A stretch of DNA of 64,000 bases from Leptogorgia sarmentosa (Eukaryota). The notes beneath the pieces are model-generated. The model saw only the letters and a list, made by a program, of their open reading frames with translations, made no database searches and was not told the origin of the DNA. Positions 51,056 to 64,000 of the stretch are shown here, in pieces (the stretch's first letter is position 1; each line of letters begins with the position of its first letter). The stretch spans positions 3,224,001-3,288,000 of the forward strand of contig OZ210885.1 in assembly GCA_964658305.1 (NCBI GenBank). The letters run 5' to 3'. A program made the position numbers and the translations under genes.

Positions 51056-52595
51056 AACTGTTAGTAACTTCAGTCGATAACCACGTCGTCACAGTTCCTG
51101 AGCTGTCCTTCAATAAACAATTATCTGAAGTGTTTTGAAAGAAAAAGCTTGTTGATTGAAATTAGCAGTTGGGGTGCATTTCGAATGTCCGGATGATCGA
51201 GAAATTATTAATTTTTAAAATTGATTGCCCTTTTAAAATTTACACGTGGGCAAAAATTCGATCCTTTATACTACGTAATTCCGAATGCATTTTTGTTTAA
51301 GTTTTTGCAACAAATTGATCACAGGAGTGAAATTTGGGGCATTAAGTCAGTGGTAAAACTACCTCTTTTCATAATCAAATTAAAAGGATATTTGTAAGAA
51401 AATACTTCATCAAAATCTTTGATAAATCGCCCTGAAATTTCAGTACAAGTTTTCGTTGACATGGAAAAAGTTGGCATAACAAGCTTTTGGACCAGGAAGC
51501 TGTTCGTTCGTGTGTTTGGCCAGCTTGGGCATGGAAAGGTCCAACGCCCCTGTTCTTGATTCCTTTCAGGGGCTTAGACATTTGATGCAGACATATAATA
51601 TAAATCATTATGCAGTGTGACGTCACCCGTTGTATTATTGGCATATAAAATAGAGTCAAATATCTCGAAGAGAACGGATAGACTAGTTACAAAAATTCTA
51701 CCAAAGAAGTTATACTGTCATTTTAAGAGAACTTTTCAATGCAAACAGCATAACGTTGGTCAAAATTTTGTGTCCTAGACACTTCAAGTGCTAAGTTGTC
51801 TAATGAATGCATTAATGTGATGAGGAGAAATTTAATCGAGCAAGCGATGAAGATGATGAGAAAGATATTAAACAATTATTGAATGAGGATATGCTGTAGA
51901 ATTACACCAACTAACAGGCAAACAACATTATAATTCACACTCCTACCTACCTAGCAAAGTTTATTGTTTTGCGTGAAGCAAATACACATATAATAACCGA
52001 ATCTGCATAACTGGTTTTACTTTTACCAACTGGTCTTCACGGTTTACATCAATTACAATTATTTGTCAATTACAATGTCAAATAGTATTTATCGCACAGT
52101 AAGCCTCAATGTCAGCTAATAAGCCGACCGAGTAAAGTGCTGATAGCATAAAAATGTTTATATTTGTTGGTAGCTCTTCGCATATTGATTTTTTTTTATT
52201 TTTAACAACAGCCAGAATTAGAGAATTCATATTTTATCCGTTTACTCCATTCGCTATCAAATGGGGCAATGTTGTTCATGTCTCAGAGTCAAATACACGT
52301 TGACAGGAAATATATATTTCAGATCACTTAATCCACTTAAGAGTATAGTAATGTTAATCAGTTTACCAAGGTAAAGGTCTATCTTGTAGGTATAGTACGA
52401 CTTGTTCTCGTGCTACGGTGCATGTTAACTGACGGGAGGATATCGTGGTCGTACCAGATTTCGCGGCCCTCGTCCCGTCGCGAATTCCCTAACATTGTGA
52501 AGTCAAAGATATACAGGCGCTCATTTGCATACGAGTTCACTAATAAATAATACATAAGAACTGATTTGAATTTGTCAATAAAGTTTAAAAAATTC

Positions 52596-53042
52596 TCAAT
52601 CTCCTCCATCGCCACAGTCACAATCCCCTCCACCATCGCACCCCCCTGACCAACCGTCGCCAAAATCTTCACCACTTCCGCCCTCACACATACTGGTGTG
52701 GCGATTCACCAAAAAACAAATGCCACATATGAACAGAAAACAAACGGTTGTTATAAGTGCGATGGACCACGCTTTCAAACCATTATAAACTGGTTTTGGG
52801 CACACGATTTCACCGCCATTTGAAACACATTTGTTGTCCTTGCAGCATATTCCAGATTTACCGCAGTCATCGTGCGATCTACAGGGTTGAGCAATACAGC
52901 TGAGGTAACACTTTCCCGCTCCTTTACAACAAACGGATCCAGAGAAACATTCATCACTGTACGTACATTTAGATCGGGCGGATATTTCTTTCAGTAGAAA
53001 TATATTCACTATAATCGCCAATACAACGAGTTGTGTAGCCAT
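52596..53042 (-). CDS. Small single-exon type-I membrane protein: signal peptide, Cys-rich ectodomain, TM, Gly/Asp/Cys-rich tail (148 aa)
   Basis: MATQLVVLAIIVNIFLL; two C-x5-C..CC..C modules; TM WSIALITTVCFLFICGICFLV; ORF conserved in the tandem paralog. Confidence 0.75.
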   Translation of the reverse strand: MATQLVVLAIIVNIFLLKEISARSKCTYSDECFSGSVCCKGAGKCYLSCIAQPCRSHDDCGKSGICCKDNKCVSNGGEIVCPKPVYNGLKAWSIALITTVCFLFICGICFLVNRHTSMCEGGSGEDFGDGWSGGCDGGGDCDCGDGGD

Positions 53043-53576
53043 GCTAAGTCTAAACTTGTTTGCGGACGTATACTATTTGACGTATTTATTTCAAAGTGCG
53101 ATTGTTTATTACTTCCTGTTTTAATGGCGTGCTAACACGTTTTGTACCCCTTTACGTGCAGCTAAGCACAGGTAAAGGCCGTCTTCCATTTCAAGTGTAT
53201 TCGTAACGTAACGCAGCATTCTCTTTTGTGTCAAGTCATTAGATACATTTGACCGAACAAAGATATACGCTACATTTCGGACTTTCGGTACGATTCGTGT
53301 GAAGTGGAAAACGGGCTTAACTGTTATAATACAGTCTGTCCAAGGAAAAGTCTACCCTTTTGAATTCGAGCGTTAGTGCCGCATGTTCGAATTTGAACGC
53401 TTTTAACCATCTAATGAGCCCGAGAAAATGTTTTATTCTTGTAGTTAATATGACTAGATTTGACAGGCCAAATAATTATTGGGGGCAGGCCATAATTATT
53501 TCTCGCACAATAAGCCTCAATGTCAGCTAATAAGCCCACCGTGTAATGTGCTGATCGCATAAAAATGTCGATATTT

Positions 53577-53744
53577 CGTCAGCTGAGGATTAACAAGGTG
53601 TATCTACATTCTGAGTAGTTGGGAGAAGATCACTTCTGAACTTTCCAAATCTCAAACCACAGCTGTATACTAAAATTTATATTAAAAGTGATCTTCTCCC
53701 AACTACTCAGAATGCAGATAGACCTTGTTAATTCTCAGCTGACG
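53577..53744. mobile_element. Palindromic MITE with 4-bp TSD ATTT (Sola-like)
   Basis: cgtcagctgag.attaacaagg...ccttgttaattctcagctgacg; empty site in the duplicated flank at ~52160. Confidence 0.7.
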
Positions 53745-53873
53745 ATTTGTTGGTAGCTCTTCGCATATTGCATTTTTTTTTTATTTTCAACGACAGCCAA
53801 AATTAGAGAATTCATATTTCAGTTATCTGTTTAATCCATTCACTGTCAATGGGGCAATGTCGTGTATGTCTCA

Positions 53874-54225
53874 TGCCCCGTCCACACGTATCCGGATACT
53901 TTTGAAAACGGAGCCTTTTTTCTCCGTTTTGGCGTTGCGTCAACACGTATCCGGCGTTTTCGGCAACCGAAAACGGAGGTTTTCAAAAACGCTCTCCAGA
54001 GTGGAGGCTTTCGAAAACGCAGACGTAAAATCAGGCCTGCGATCGCTTTGAACATCTCATATTGCTAAGCAATGCGCATGCTCTACACTGGGCGCCATCA
54101 AATTTCCTCCGTTTTTGCGTTTACGTCTGGACGGGCAAAAACGATTCGAATACGCTACGTGTGGACGCGAATTTTTTCATAAACGGAGAGAAAAACCTCC
54201 GTTTTCAAAAATATCCCGATACGTG
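53874..54225. mobile_element. Harbinger-like MITE, right end truncated
   Basis: gccccgtccacacgtatccggatacttttgaaaacggag / ctccgttttcaaaaatatcccgatacgtg; absent at the paralogous site ~52285. Confidence 0.7.
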
Positions 54226-54595
54226 CCTGTTGACAGGAAATATATTTTTCAGATCACTTAATCCACTTAAGAATATAGTAATATTAATCAGTTTACCAAG
54301 GTTAATTTACCATTCATTATGAGTTAATCCCATAACAAATAGAAACCATCTATCGACTATCTTGGAAGAATAGTACGACTTGTTCTCGTGCTACGGCGCA
54401 TGTTAACTGACGGGAGGATATCGTGGTCGTACCAGACTTCGCAGCCCTCGGCCCGTCGCGAATTCCCTAACATTATAAAGTCAAAGATATACAGGCGCTC
54501 ATTAGCATACTAATTCAATAATAAATAATATATAAAAACTGATTTGAATTTGTCAATAAAGTTTAAAACATTCTCAATCTCCTCCATCGCCACAG

Positions 54596-55027
54596 TCACA
54601 ATCCTCCCCCATCATCGAACCCCCCTGTCCAACCGCCGCCAAAATCTACATCATTACTTTCGTCGCCCTTACATACATTGGTGTAGCGATTCACCAAAAT
54701 GCAAATGCCACATACGAACAGAACACAAACGATTGTTATAAGTGCGATGGACCACGCTTTCAAACCATCGTAACCCGGTTTCGGACAGATGACTTCACCG
54801 CCATTTGAAACACATTTGTTGTCCATGCAGCATATTCCAGATTTACCGCAGTCATCGTGCGATCCACAGGGTTGAGCAATACAACTGAGGTAACACTTTC
54901 TCACTTCTTTACAACAAACGTATCCAGAGAAACATTCATCACTGTACGTACATTTAGATCGGGCGGTTACTTCTTTCAGTAGAAATATATTCACTATAAT
55001 CGCCAATACAACGAGTTGTGTAGCCAT
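54596..55027 (-). CDS. Tandem paralog of 52596-53042 (143 aa), C-terminus altered by a 1-nt frameshift
   Basis: High identity to the paralog; the DCDCGDGGD-coding sequence continues out of frame after the stop. Confidence 0.72.
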   Translation of the reverse strand: MATQLVVLAIIVNIFLLKEVTARSKCTYSDECFSGYVCCKEVRKCYLSCIAQPCGSHDDCGKSGICCMDNKCVSNGGEVICPKPGYDGLKAWSIALITIVCVLFVCGICILVNRYTNVCKGDESNDVDFGGGWTGGFDDGGGL

Positions 55028-56429
55028 GCTTTTGTCTAAACTTTTTAGGAGGCGTATACTATTTGACGTTTTATTCGGATGTGTGATTGTTTATTACTTC
55101 CTGTGTTTATGGCGTAATAATACAATAATTTTGGCTGATTTGAATATGAGAACTCCTGTTTTGAAAACTTTTCTTCGCTGAAATAAAGTAAAACAGTCTA
55201 TGACAATGTCGGTATAACTATATGGTACAATCGATGGATTGAAAGTTGAGCTTCAAGAAATACCCAACATGCAGACATATATTAACCTATCATACGCATG
55301 GTTTAGGCCTAGTTTATACGTCGCTGTTATGTCACACTTGCGTCGTGTGAAATGCAATTCAAACAAGGATAATAAGAGTACACAAGACACTCATTATCAT
55401 TCTAAGTACTCATTATCAATTTAATGGCTCAAAGTTAGTTGTGGTCAGTGGTGCTCCAATGAAAATTAGGAACCAGTGACGTGGATTTGAATGAATCCTC
55501 GCCATAATTTTGGCTTCAGTTTTTGATGCCGTGTACTCTCTCCAGTAATTCTTTAGCTCAGTGAGTAAGACACCTCATTATCATTCTTTGGCGCGATAAA
55601 GTTCGTCATAACAGCGACGTATAAAGTATAGGATCCTTATCCAGAATTCGTTCCGTTTCGCCGTTGTCGCGACGAAAGTTTGTCATAACAGAGACGTATA
55701 AACCATAGACTTTATCCACAATTTGTCCCGTTTTAATTATATAAATATAATTTATTTACTATCAATTCTGAACCTTTCAGAACTGATTATAACAATGATC
55801 AAGTCCACTCTGTCCTATACATACGCTGCATGTGTCACTACAGTACACCTGCTTTTGTTATTCCATCGCGCCTGTTACTTGAAAATGTAACGAAAAATAT
55901 TTATTTCATGAACAAAGTAGTGGTATACAAAACAAACAGATTAAAAGAATTATATACTAAGAAAAATTTGCGTCAATATTATAATTATATATGAACAAAC
56001 ATTGTGAACATACTTTGAGCATGGGAAGAGGTGAATTCCAATTTGCAAACTTTGAATAATTAAGTATGACAAAAAAAAACAAACAAGCGAATGAGCAGAT
56101 AAGACCTGATTATTGATTTCAATTGCCGAAAAGCTAGGAAGAATGACGTTATTATCACCATGCCAAACAACAAATAACACGATTTTGTTACATGAAAAGC
56201 TATACGTATACTATACGTGTATACTATTAATGTATAATTATACTACAATCATAGAGAGCATACGTATTAATCTATACCGTTAAGCTAAGAAAAAAGTTGA
56301 GAAAATTACATGATAAGAGATTACATGGAACAAATTCTAAGAACATCACAAAGCTGAATTAAGCAATCAATGTCCTTCCTTCATGAAAGATTGGTCAAAA
56401 CTATCTAGTATTGTTACATACGCGCCTTA

Positions 56430-56878
56430 AGCCGGTTTTCCACTTGCGAATTTTGTCGCGCGAAGCGGACTTTTGCTTGCCGAAATAGTTCGCGCGAATG
56501 ACTCTTTCTTTTCCATAGCTGCGTGCGGAAGCTACAAAACAAAATGGTGGCATTGAGTCGCAGGCGACTCTTCTTGCTCCGAAATAACTTGCTAAGATTG
56601 CTGCTGATCCGACGACCTTGAAAATCGACGTACAAAGTGTAAGAAAAGATTTTGGATTATGCTGAATATAGCACTGAAGAGTAATTTTGAAATATATTTA
56701 AGTCGCGACTTTTTTCGCCGCGAAAAAGTGCGAACGAGTAGGAATCATTCGAACTCCTTTTTTCACCGTACGCTGAACGGTTGGCGAATTTTATCGCGAC
56801 ATAACATTTATGAACACGCATGCGCGTGAGCGAAAAAATTCGCTTCGCGCGACAAAATTCGCGAGTGGAAAACCGGCT
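56430..56878. mobile_element. PIF/Harbinger-like MITE
   Basis: ~38-bp TIR agccggttttccact.gcgaattttgtcgcgcgaagcg; TTA TSD on both sides. Confidence 0.85.
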
Positions 56879-57312
56879 TTAGTCAAGAAACATTTAGTTC
56901 AATGCAATAAATACTCATCAAAAGGCTTTCAGCTTTGATGCTTACGCATCAGGGTCAGGGCTTTCCTAATTGTTGCAACGCGAAAATCGGAGAAACAAAT
57001 TTATGCCCCTATGTATACACATGTCTTGTGCATGAGAAGAAATTAATAAGTTTGACTGGGACTGTAGTTTGCCACAACCCCAATCAATAGGATTCAAACT
57101 CCACACCTATATTGTGGGCCTTCGAACAGCCTTGAATAAACAATTGTGAAAAATTCCCCAAAATGTTAAAATTGATTAGGTGTGCGTTTCACAAGCATAT
57201 AGGTTTACATCAGAGCATAGGCATCATTAAATGAGTTACGGTATAACTACCGCGGGGTATTTTACAATTATTTACAGTACCTTTACATATGGTGTAGTAT
57301 ATAAGAAGGTTT

Positions 57313-60300
57313 TCAATTTAAATAAAAGACTTCAAGTTCTGATGGAGTGAAGTGATAGCTTCCTGCAAGGAGGGACTTTGTGTTGGTTGTGTTGAACGTG
57401 TAACCAGATGGAGCTTGGTAGGAAGAACCAAGATTCGCGTAGGAGTGAGTGTTTGAGTTTGCATTGCTGTGAATGACCAAGTCATGACCCTTTCCAAATA
57501 ATGGTCCATATCGACGAAAACGATACATTGCCAACGAGTCCTTCTCGTCTTTAAGCGGAGCTTTGAACGGTCCAACGTTGTGGCGATTGAACAGAGAAAA
57601 CAAAAATGATCCTGGAGCAGATGTAGTATCATCTGTCAAAATGAACACAGTTAACATTGCATGGTCAGGCGATTACTGCCCAGTATTTGGATGAAGTCAT
57701 AAGTTCCAGGATTTTTTTATTTTGCATGAGCGATCGCGAACGAACCGTGGTAGTAATAGGGTTGAGACAAATAATCAAAACTGTTTTGCACTTGAGTTAT
57801 TCAAACCACCCATTTTAAGAAAAATATTTCTTCGTCAATTTTTACGTCCAAGAAATCATAGGAAAATATTTTCCAATGTAAACTTGGCTAGAATTTAGAA
57901 AATCGTTCTTATTTAATTTTAAAAAAAAATATCTTGAAATTCGAATGTTTCTTATATTGTGCAATATAATTTATTATTAAGAAAATTATCTTTAAGAAAA
58001 ATGTTTCTTGGTCAATTTTTACGACTGAGAAAATCTTTTTTTAGAAAATCCTTATTTCAAGAAAATATTTTCTTGAAAATCAAATATTTCTCATATTGAG
58101 AAAAACATTTCTTGTGAAAAAAACAGTTTTCTTATATTCAAACGCGGCTGCGTTTCCCTTGGACTTTTCAAAAATTCCAGAGGCATGTTAGAGCATGTAG
58201 CGTCGGGGAGGGATGAAAGTGGTACTATTTTCCTGCCATGCAAGCCAAGGAAATCCACATGATATTGATACAGAAATTTCTCTCGAATCTCATATAATAA
58301 ACAATCTTATTATATGCATGGTATTATATGTGGTTTCCCAAAATTCTGTATTCTGATTGGTTAACAAGCGGTCCGTGAAAACCCATATTCAGACCGTGAT
58401 CCGTATCTGGACTGGTGTCCAGGATGTCGTTTATCTGGCGGGAAATTTCCGCTTTGCAAATAGATTGATTTTTGGTTTTTAATTTTCCAAATTGAAATTT
58501 GCAGATGAAAATTTCAAACAACAGAAATTGTTTTTGATTGATCAAGTATGTCTACCGTATCCTGCTACACAATGAATCTTATGACTTCCGAATTGATTCG
58601 CGCTAAAGGCATATTCTCACAGACTCAATTCAGCCGTATAATAAACGGATTATTGACCTCGCGCTTGTTCGGTCTGTACTGTGAAATAACAGACCTCTGT
58701 TTTTTCAACTGACTTCACTCCTTCGTCGCTCGGTCCGTATTAAAAAACGTTGGCCTGATATTTCACAGTACGCTCGGTGAATAACCCTTTCTCGAACGGT
58801 GTATCAAATCTTTGTGACAATACATTAATAATTGTTGTAACAGTACTAAATGAAAATAACACGCATGCTGATAAATAACATAATGAAGGACACAAGAAAT
58901 TGAAGCAACAAGAAAAACCTGATTACTCACTTTTGGTATTCCATGGCACAGTAGCATAACCGCCAAAAATGTACTTTTTGTTAATGTTGTTGATAACTTG
59001 AACAACAGTTAGGGTGGGTGATTTTCCATCACATTTTGAATGAAATGTACTCGCAGCCCAACCATCTCGTGTTGCTCGCCAACAAATGCTCCAATATCCT
59101 GTTCTTGGCAACCATTCTTTCAATTTCTTTTCGAATACGTTTGGTTCATTTTTCAATATCTCTGACACATCTAAGTGAATATAAATTTTAACCAAACAAT
59201 GTCGGGTAGGAATGGACCGAATGGTTGTATATAGATCTGTACTAATTAATATGATATTTTTAAGATAAAATGAACATTCCATATACGGTAATTTAACGTT
59301 CTTTGAAGACATGAAAACACGTCTCCATACAGTTTTTGCCATACCAATCAAACCTGAAATACATAATATTAATTTTATTAAGAAAAAAATCCACCTCTGA
59401 TGTTGTGGCAAAGTTTTCCGCTGGGACATGTGCAATGGTATGATCCTTGAGTGTTGTGGCAGATTGCGTCAGCGTGACAGCCATGGCTGCCTTCCAAACA
59501 TTCGTCAATGTCTGAAACAATGAAATTTTTCTGTTTGACAAATAAGTCATAGAGAGGATTCAGAGAAGCAAGATAATACAAAGGAGTAACAAAATTCCAC
59601 AACTTAGTTATTTGCCAAAACACAAAGTCCATCATCGCATCTTATTATTTATTTCAAAGAATTCACGAGTTTTGATTGGTTAAGAGCAGTGCATTAAATC
59701 TTCATAAACGACATTATGACGTAATTATGTCGTATATTGAAAATTATACGACATTATGACGTCGACTAATTTATTCTGCAAAGCGGGAAAATTGTGGAAA
59801 ATACAAATGGCTTCCTGAAAGGAAAGGTTCTTCCAAACGTTTATATTGCGTTGAAATAAATTTGTTTGATTTAATTATTGTTTAGCTATGTTGAATTGCT
59901 CTGACTGCGACCTTGAAATGTACAACAGCTACAAGAACATTTTCTCTTGTAGTCTGATTGGCTTATTCAATCTTGCGAACACTATATTATTGTTCTATTT
60001 CCAGTACCTTGCAATTGCGTGTTTTTGCAAGCGCTATATACAAATAAATAATAAAACAATTATTGAATTCGGTCCTCGTAGGATATGGGGAATTATTCAG
60101 GCCTCGGTTTGTGATAACACAAACCTCGGTCAGAATAATTCCTCACATCCTACTCGACCTCATTCAATAATTGTTTATTATTGTATCGTTTAGGTAGTGA
60201 GTAGTAACTTTTGATACTTGCTGATAATGTTATCCGCCACGTACACTGGTCGATGATCAGCGACAATTATGTCACGGAATTTCACCGTAGAAGATTCCTT

Positions 60301-63300
60301 AAGCCCCTTTCACACGACCAAATTTTATTTCACAAATTCCATGTGACAAATGTTTTTGACAGTGTATATTAGGAATTTTCGCCAAATTTATTTTGACAAA
60401 CACGTCTGTTGGAAAACTGGTTGGTTAGCTTTTGACCAAATGCATTTGACAAAAGAAATCGGCCAAAGAAAATTTGGTCGTGTAAAAAGGCTTTAAGAAT
60501 ATGTAGTCTGAAAGTAACTATTCAAAAGCGTTGCAATCATATTTAAATTCACAGTTAAAGAATTGGAACTAGTTACATTTTCATCACAAGTATCATATAC
60601 CTGCACAAGTGCGGCCATTTCCTGTGTATCCACTTCTACACTGACAGTCGTAAGAACCTGGAGTGTTGATACATGTTGCATTGGGATGACATTTGTGGCT
60701 ATCCTGAGAGCATTCGTCAATGTCTGAAATAATCAAAATAATGGTAAAAAACGCGCAAAAGGTCGACAGAAGTCCCTTACTCCCTCTGGCTGGTGCTGGT
60801 TAGGGAAGACACGGTCGTTTTTATACAGGGGCCGGTTGTACGAAGCCCGTTTAGCCTAAACGGTGGATAAGGAAAATTTAATAACACTTTCACAATTCTT
60901 GTAAACGTATGAATTTAAATTTCATCCACTAAATACGTAGTGGCAGTCATAGTTGTTCTGTTCATGTTGAAAACTTTCAGTTTTGTTCTTCAATGAATTA
61001 ATAGACTTGTTTTTATTTTTCAGCTTATCCGCCGTTTACGTTAAACGGGCTTCGTACAACCGGCCCCAGGTGAATACGGAAGAAAAGATTGGCGACATAT
61101 TTACCTGTACAATTCTGTCCATTTCCTCGGTAACCTTGAGAGCATTTACATTTGTATGAACCGTCAGTATTTGTACAGTTTGCATTCGAGTCGCAATGAT
61201 TGGATTTGTCCAGACATTCGTCAATATCTGTAACATAATGACAAAATGAACGAGGTCATTAATCTAATTCAAGTTGATGTGGTCTGATTGTCTGAAAGTA
61301 AATGTGAACGTTGCAATAGCGCATCGTATTTACATGCACCATACATTAATATTGCTACTAGTTCAATTATCAAAAAATATCATTACCTGTACAATTTTCG
61401 CTATTTCCTGTGTATCCACTTCTACACTGGCAGTCGTAAGAACCTGGAGTGTTGATACATGTTGCATTGGAATGACATGTGTGGTTTTGCTGAGAGCATT
61501 CGTCAACGTCTGAAATAATTAGAATAATGGTGAAAACGCGCAAAAGGTCGACAAAGTCCCTCACTCCCTCTGGCTGGTGCTGGTCAGGGAAAACACGATC
61601 GTTTTTATGGAAGAGAGAGAGGTGAATATGGAAGAAAAGATTGGCGACATATTTACCTGTACAATTCTGCCCATTTCCTTGGTAACCTTGATTGCATTTA
61701 CATTTGTATGAACCGTCAGTATTTGTACAGTTTGCATTCGAGTGGCAATGATTGGACTTGTCCAAACATTCGTCAATATCTATATAACAGAATCACATAT
61801 GTAATACTCTTTAAATTCCAACGATTGAAACTGATTCAATTTATTTATCCGTAAGAACAATCTCTTTGCGATTGTTTTTACGGACCAAACTTTTTCTATT
61901 GAAAATCAATTCTTTGAGATTGAAAGAAGAATCAATCATAAAGGAGTGACTTTTCAATCAAATTTCAATCGATTTTCGATTTAAAGAAGCTCATTCCTGG
62001 CCTGCTATTGCCGCACACGCGAAGTTTGAGCAATATGATTGGCTTAGAATTTAAAATCTTTACAAAGATGGAAATTATTCTCAGTCTTGTTTATCCACTG
62101 ACTTACTTTCAATCGAATTGCGCACTGAAACAGTATTTTCACGCTCAAATTCAATCTATTAGACTGATGTATTTTTCAAACCGTTGGAAGATTGGAATTT
62201 TCAATCTTTGAATTAAGAGAGTAGGCAAACTGGTGGCGGGTTGATACATGTTGCATTGGAATGACATCATAACTGTCCTGTGAGCAATCGTCAATGTCAG
62301 AGATGACTAAAATATGGCGCGAAGTGAACAAATAGGGCCTTCCCTAAGTTCAGACAGTTTACACCATGGCAAAATAAAATGAACCACCTGCGAAAGTTCT
62401 ACTCATGCACGACCTAAATGATACAACTCGATTCAACGCTTGCAAAAAAGCTCCTTTTTCGGGAACTAGTATATCGTTTAGGCAGCGTGTAGAAAGTTTG
62501 GTTCCTGCTTGTTGCTGTTGTCTTGTCGCTCGCTACCTACGCTGGCCACATATTGAAGTTCGTTATAACAAATCAAGTAGCAAACAAAAAGTGCGGATGA
62601 TATAATAATAGTTGACCTGTACAATTCTGCCCATTTCCTTCGTAACCTTGAGAGCATTTACATTTGTATGAACCGTCAGTATTTGTACAGTTTGCATTCG
62701 AGTCGCAATGATTGGTTTTTTCCAGACATTCGTCAATATCTGTAAACATAATGACGAAAAAAATCATTTTTCAATTCAAGTTAATGTACCCTAAAATTAA
62801 CTTCGCGGTAGTTTAAGCACGTTGCAAAATGTATCCCAATGTATTTAAATCCACCAATCCACTATTGGTCTAAATTGCATTTTTATCGCGAACATCAAGT
62901 ACCGTCGCAATTGCGGCCATTTCCAGTGTATCCACTTCTACACTGACAGTCGTAAGAACCTGGAGTGTTCATACATGTTGCATTGGAATGACATTTGTGA
63001 CTTTCCTGAGAACATTCGTCAACGTCTGAAAGAATTAAAGTATTGGTAAACACCCACAAAAGGGGGAATAGATACTTTGCCCTATGTTTCGGCAGCTGAA
63101 ACAACAATGCTTAAAAAACCGAAAGTGTTCGGACAGTGCCGGTTTTATAATTGGCGGTAAACAAAACATCCTGTACAAGCATTGCTGGAGTGTGACTCGA
63201 CACTTTTAGGGAAGTGAAAGGGACGCTGAACCCTCGAGGCAACCACATAATTGCCTTTTGTTCCTTAACTTTGCGGAGACCAGCGTACAACTGCTTGCCA

Positions 63301-63749
63301 AAAAATAGACTATTAATGGTCAAGTTTCCATGCTGTTAAAATCTTAAACATGATTTCGGTTGGGAAATTTGAAGACAGCATCACATCAAATACATCAAAG
63401 ACCTTGGACGTAGAAAAGCTATGCCTGTTCGCGGGTTTGAAGTGAGCTGAACGCTAATTGGCTTATACACAACGAAGATACAGTACCTGTATGAACCAGT
63501 CGCTCAATGTCTAGTGGCACGATACGCTTTCGATAGAATTATAACTGCATTCGCAGATACAAAAAATTACACGCACTATTTAATTAAACAGATAGAGCAA
63601 AAACACTAATTTCCTGCGAAGTGCCTTCGCTCCTCGAATCATCGGATTGTGTTTTTCATTTCACTTATGTAGTAAGTTCATCACTTTTGTAAAGTTTACC
63701 TTTGTAGAAATTCTGCATTAATTCATAATTTTTGCTTACCTTCAGTGAC
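57313..63749 (-). CDS. Copy E (partial, 5' exons beyond window): microexon 63749-63740; EGF exons 63025-62903, 62739-62617, 61779-61657, 61509-61387, 61227-61105, 60723-60601, 59511-59395; TLDc exons 59170-58931, 57632-57313
   Basis: GT-AG boundaries, six 123-nt and one 117-nt phase-1 cbEGF exons, no stops seen; TLDc motifs as in the other copies. Confidence 0.82.
60302..60492. mobile_element. Harbinger-like MITE
   Basis: TIR agcc..tt.acacgaccaaattt; TTA TSD. Confidence 0.7.
60829..61066. mobile_element. MITE with 3-bp CAG TSD (Harbinger-like)
   Basis: TIR gggccggttgtacgaagcccgttta; absent from the homologous introns at 61510-61656 and 38739-38862. Confidence 0.8.
62240..62297 (-). pseudogene. 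Decayed EGF pseudo-exon within copy E
   Basis: [19 protein letters not shown] remnant with acceptor AG changed to TG, a frameshift and 3' truncation. Confidence 0.65.
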
Positions 63750-64000
63750 CTATAGATAAGAGATAAAATTTAAAATTGTTCAGTACGCACTGTCATGTAT
63801 TCTAAATAGACAAAGGGGGAATGCCGGCAGGGATTCAGATAATTTTTCACGCTAGTACTATTTTAAGGTAATAACACCACTGCAACCCCGCAAAAAAACC
63901 ACGGCTTCTCAAAGTCCCTGGGTCCGAGTGTAAAATTCTACTCTTTTGAATTTACATTGTATAAATTCACATACTCTCGACCGAGTTTCCCGCAAAGAAA

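Noticed and set aside
1824..63749. Diversity-generating retroelement or somatic diversification explaining TLDc variability using the nearby RT
   Set aside because: The RT is an ordinary gypsy pol; no template repeat; changes are not adenine-specific; paralog divergence suffices

Overview
AT-rich, intron-containing animal genomic DNA, probably a marine invertebrate such as a cnidarian (inference from gene and repeat content). The window is dominated by a cluster of at least five paralogous multi-exon genes with the architecture signal peptide - PAN/Apple-like domain - 10-nt microexon - calcium-binding EGF repeats - C-terminal TLDc domain, with no TM segment. Copies: A (last exon only), B (pseudogenised), C and D (intact, ~429 and ~422 aa) on +, and E on - (7 EGFs, 5' end beyond the window). 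TLDc domains are best known from cytosolic proteins; here they appear to be secreted. Their last exon is hypervariable at discrete codons while the PAN exon and flanking introns are almost identical between copies, which suggests a diversifying recognition or effector family. Also present: an intact Ty3/gypsy (Mag-like) LTR retrotransposon with identical 89-bp LTRs; an 8-exon anion-selective Cys-loop receptor subunit gene (-); two tandem single-exon Cys-rich single-pass membrane protein genes (-); and many non-autonomous DNA transposons (hAT-, Harbinger-, Sola- and Helentron-like, plus a 603-bp foldback). All exon models were built by eye from splice signals and reading phase, without transcript data.
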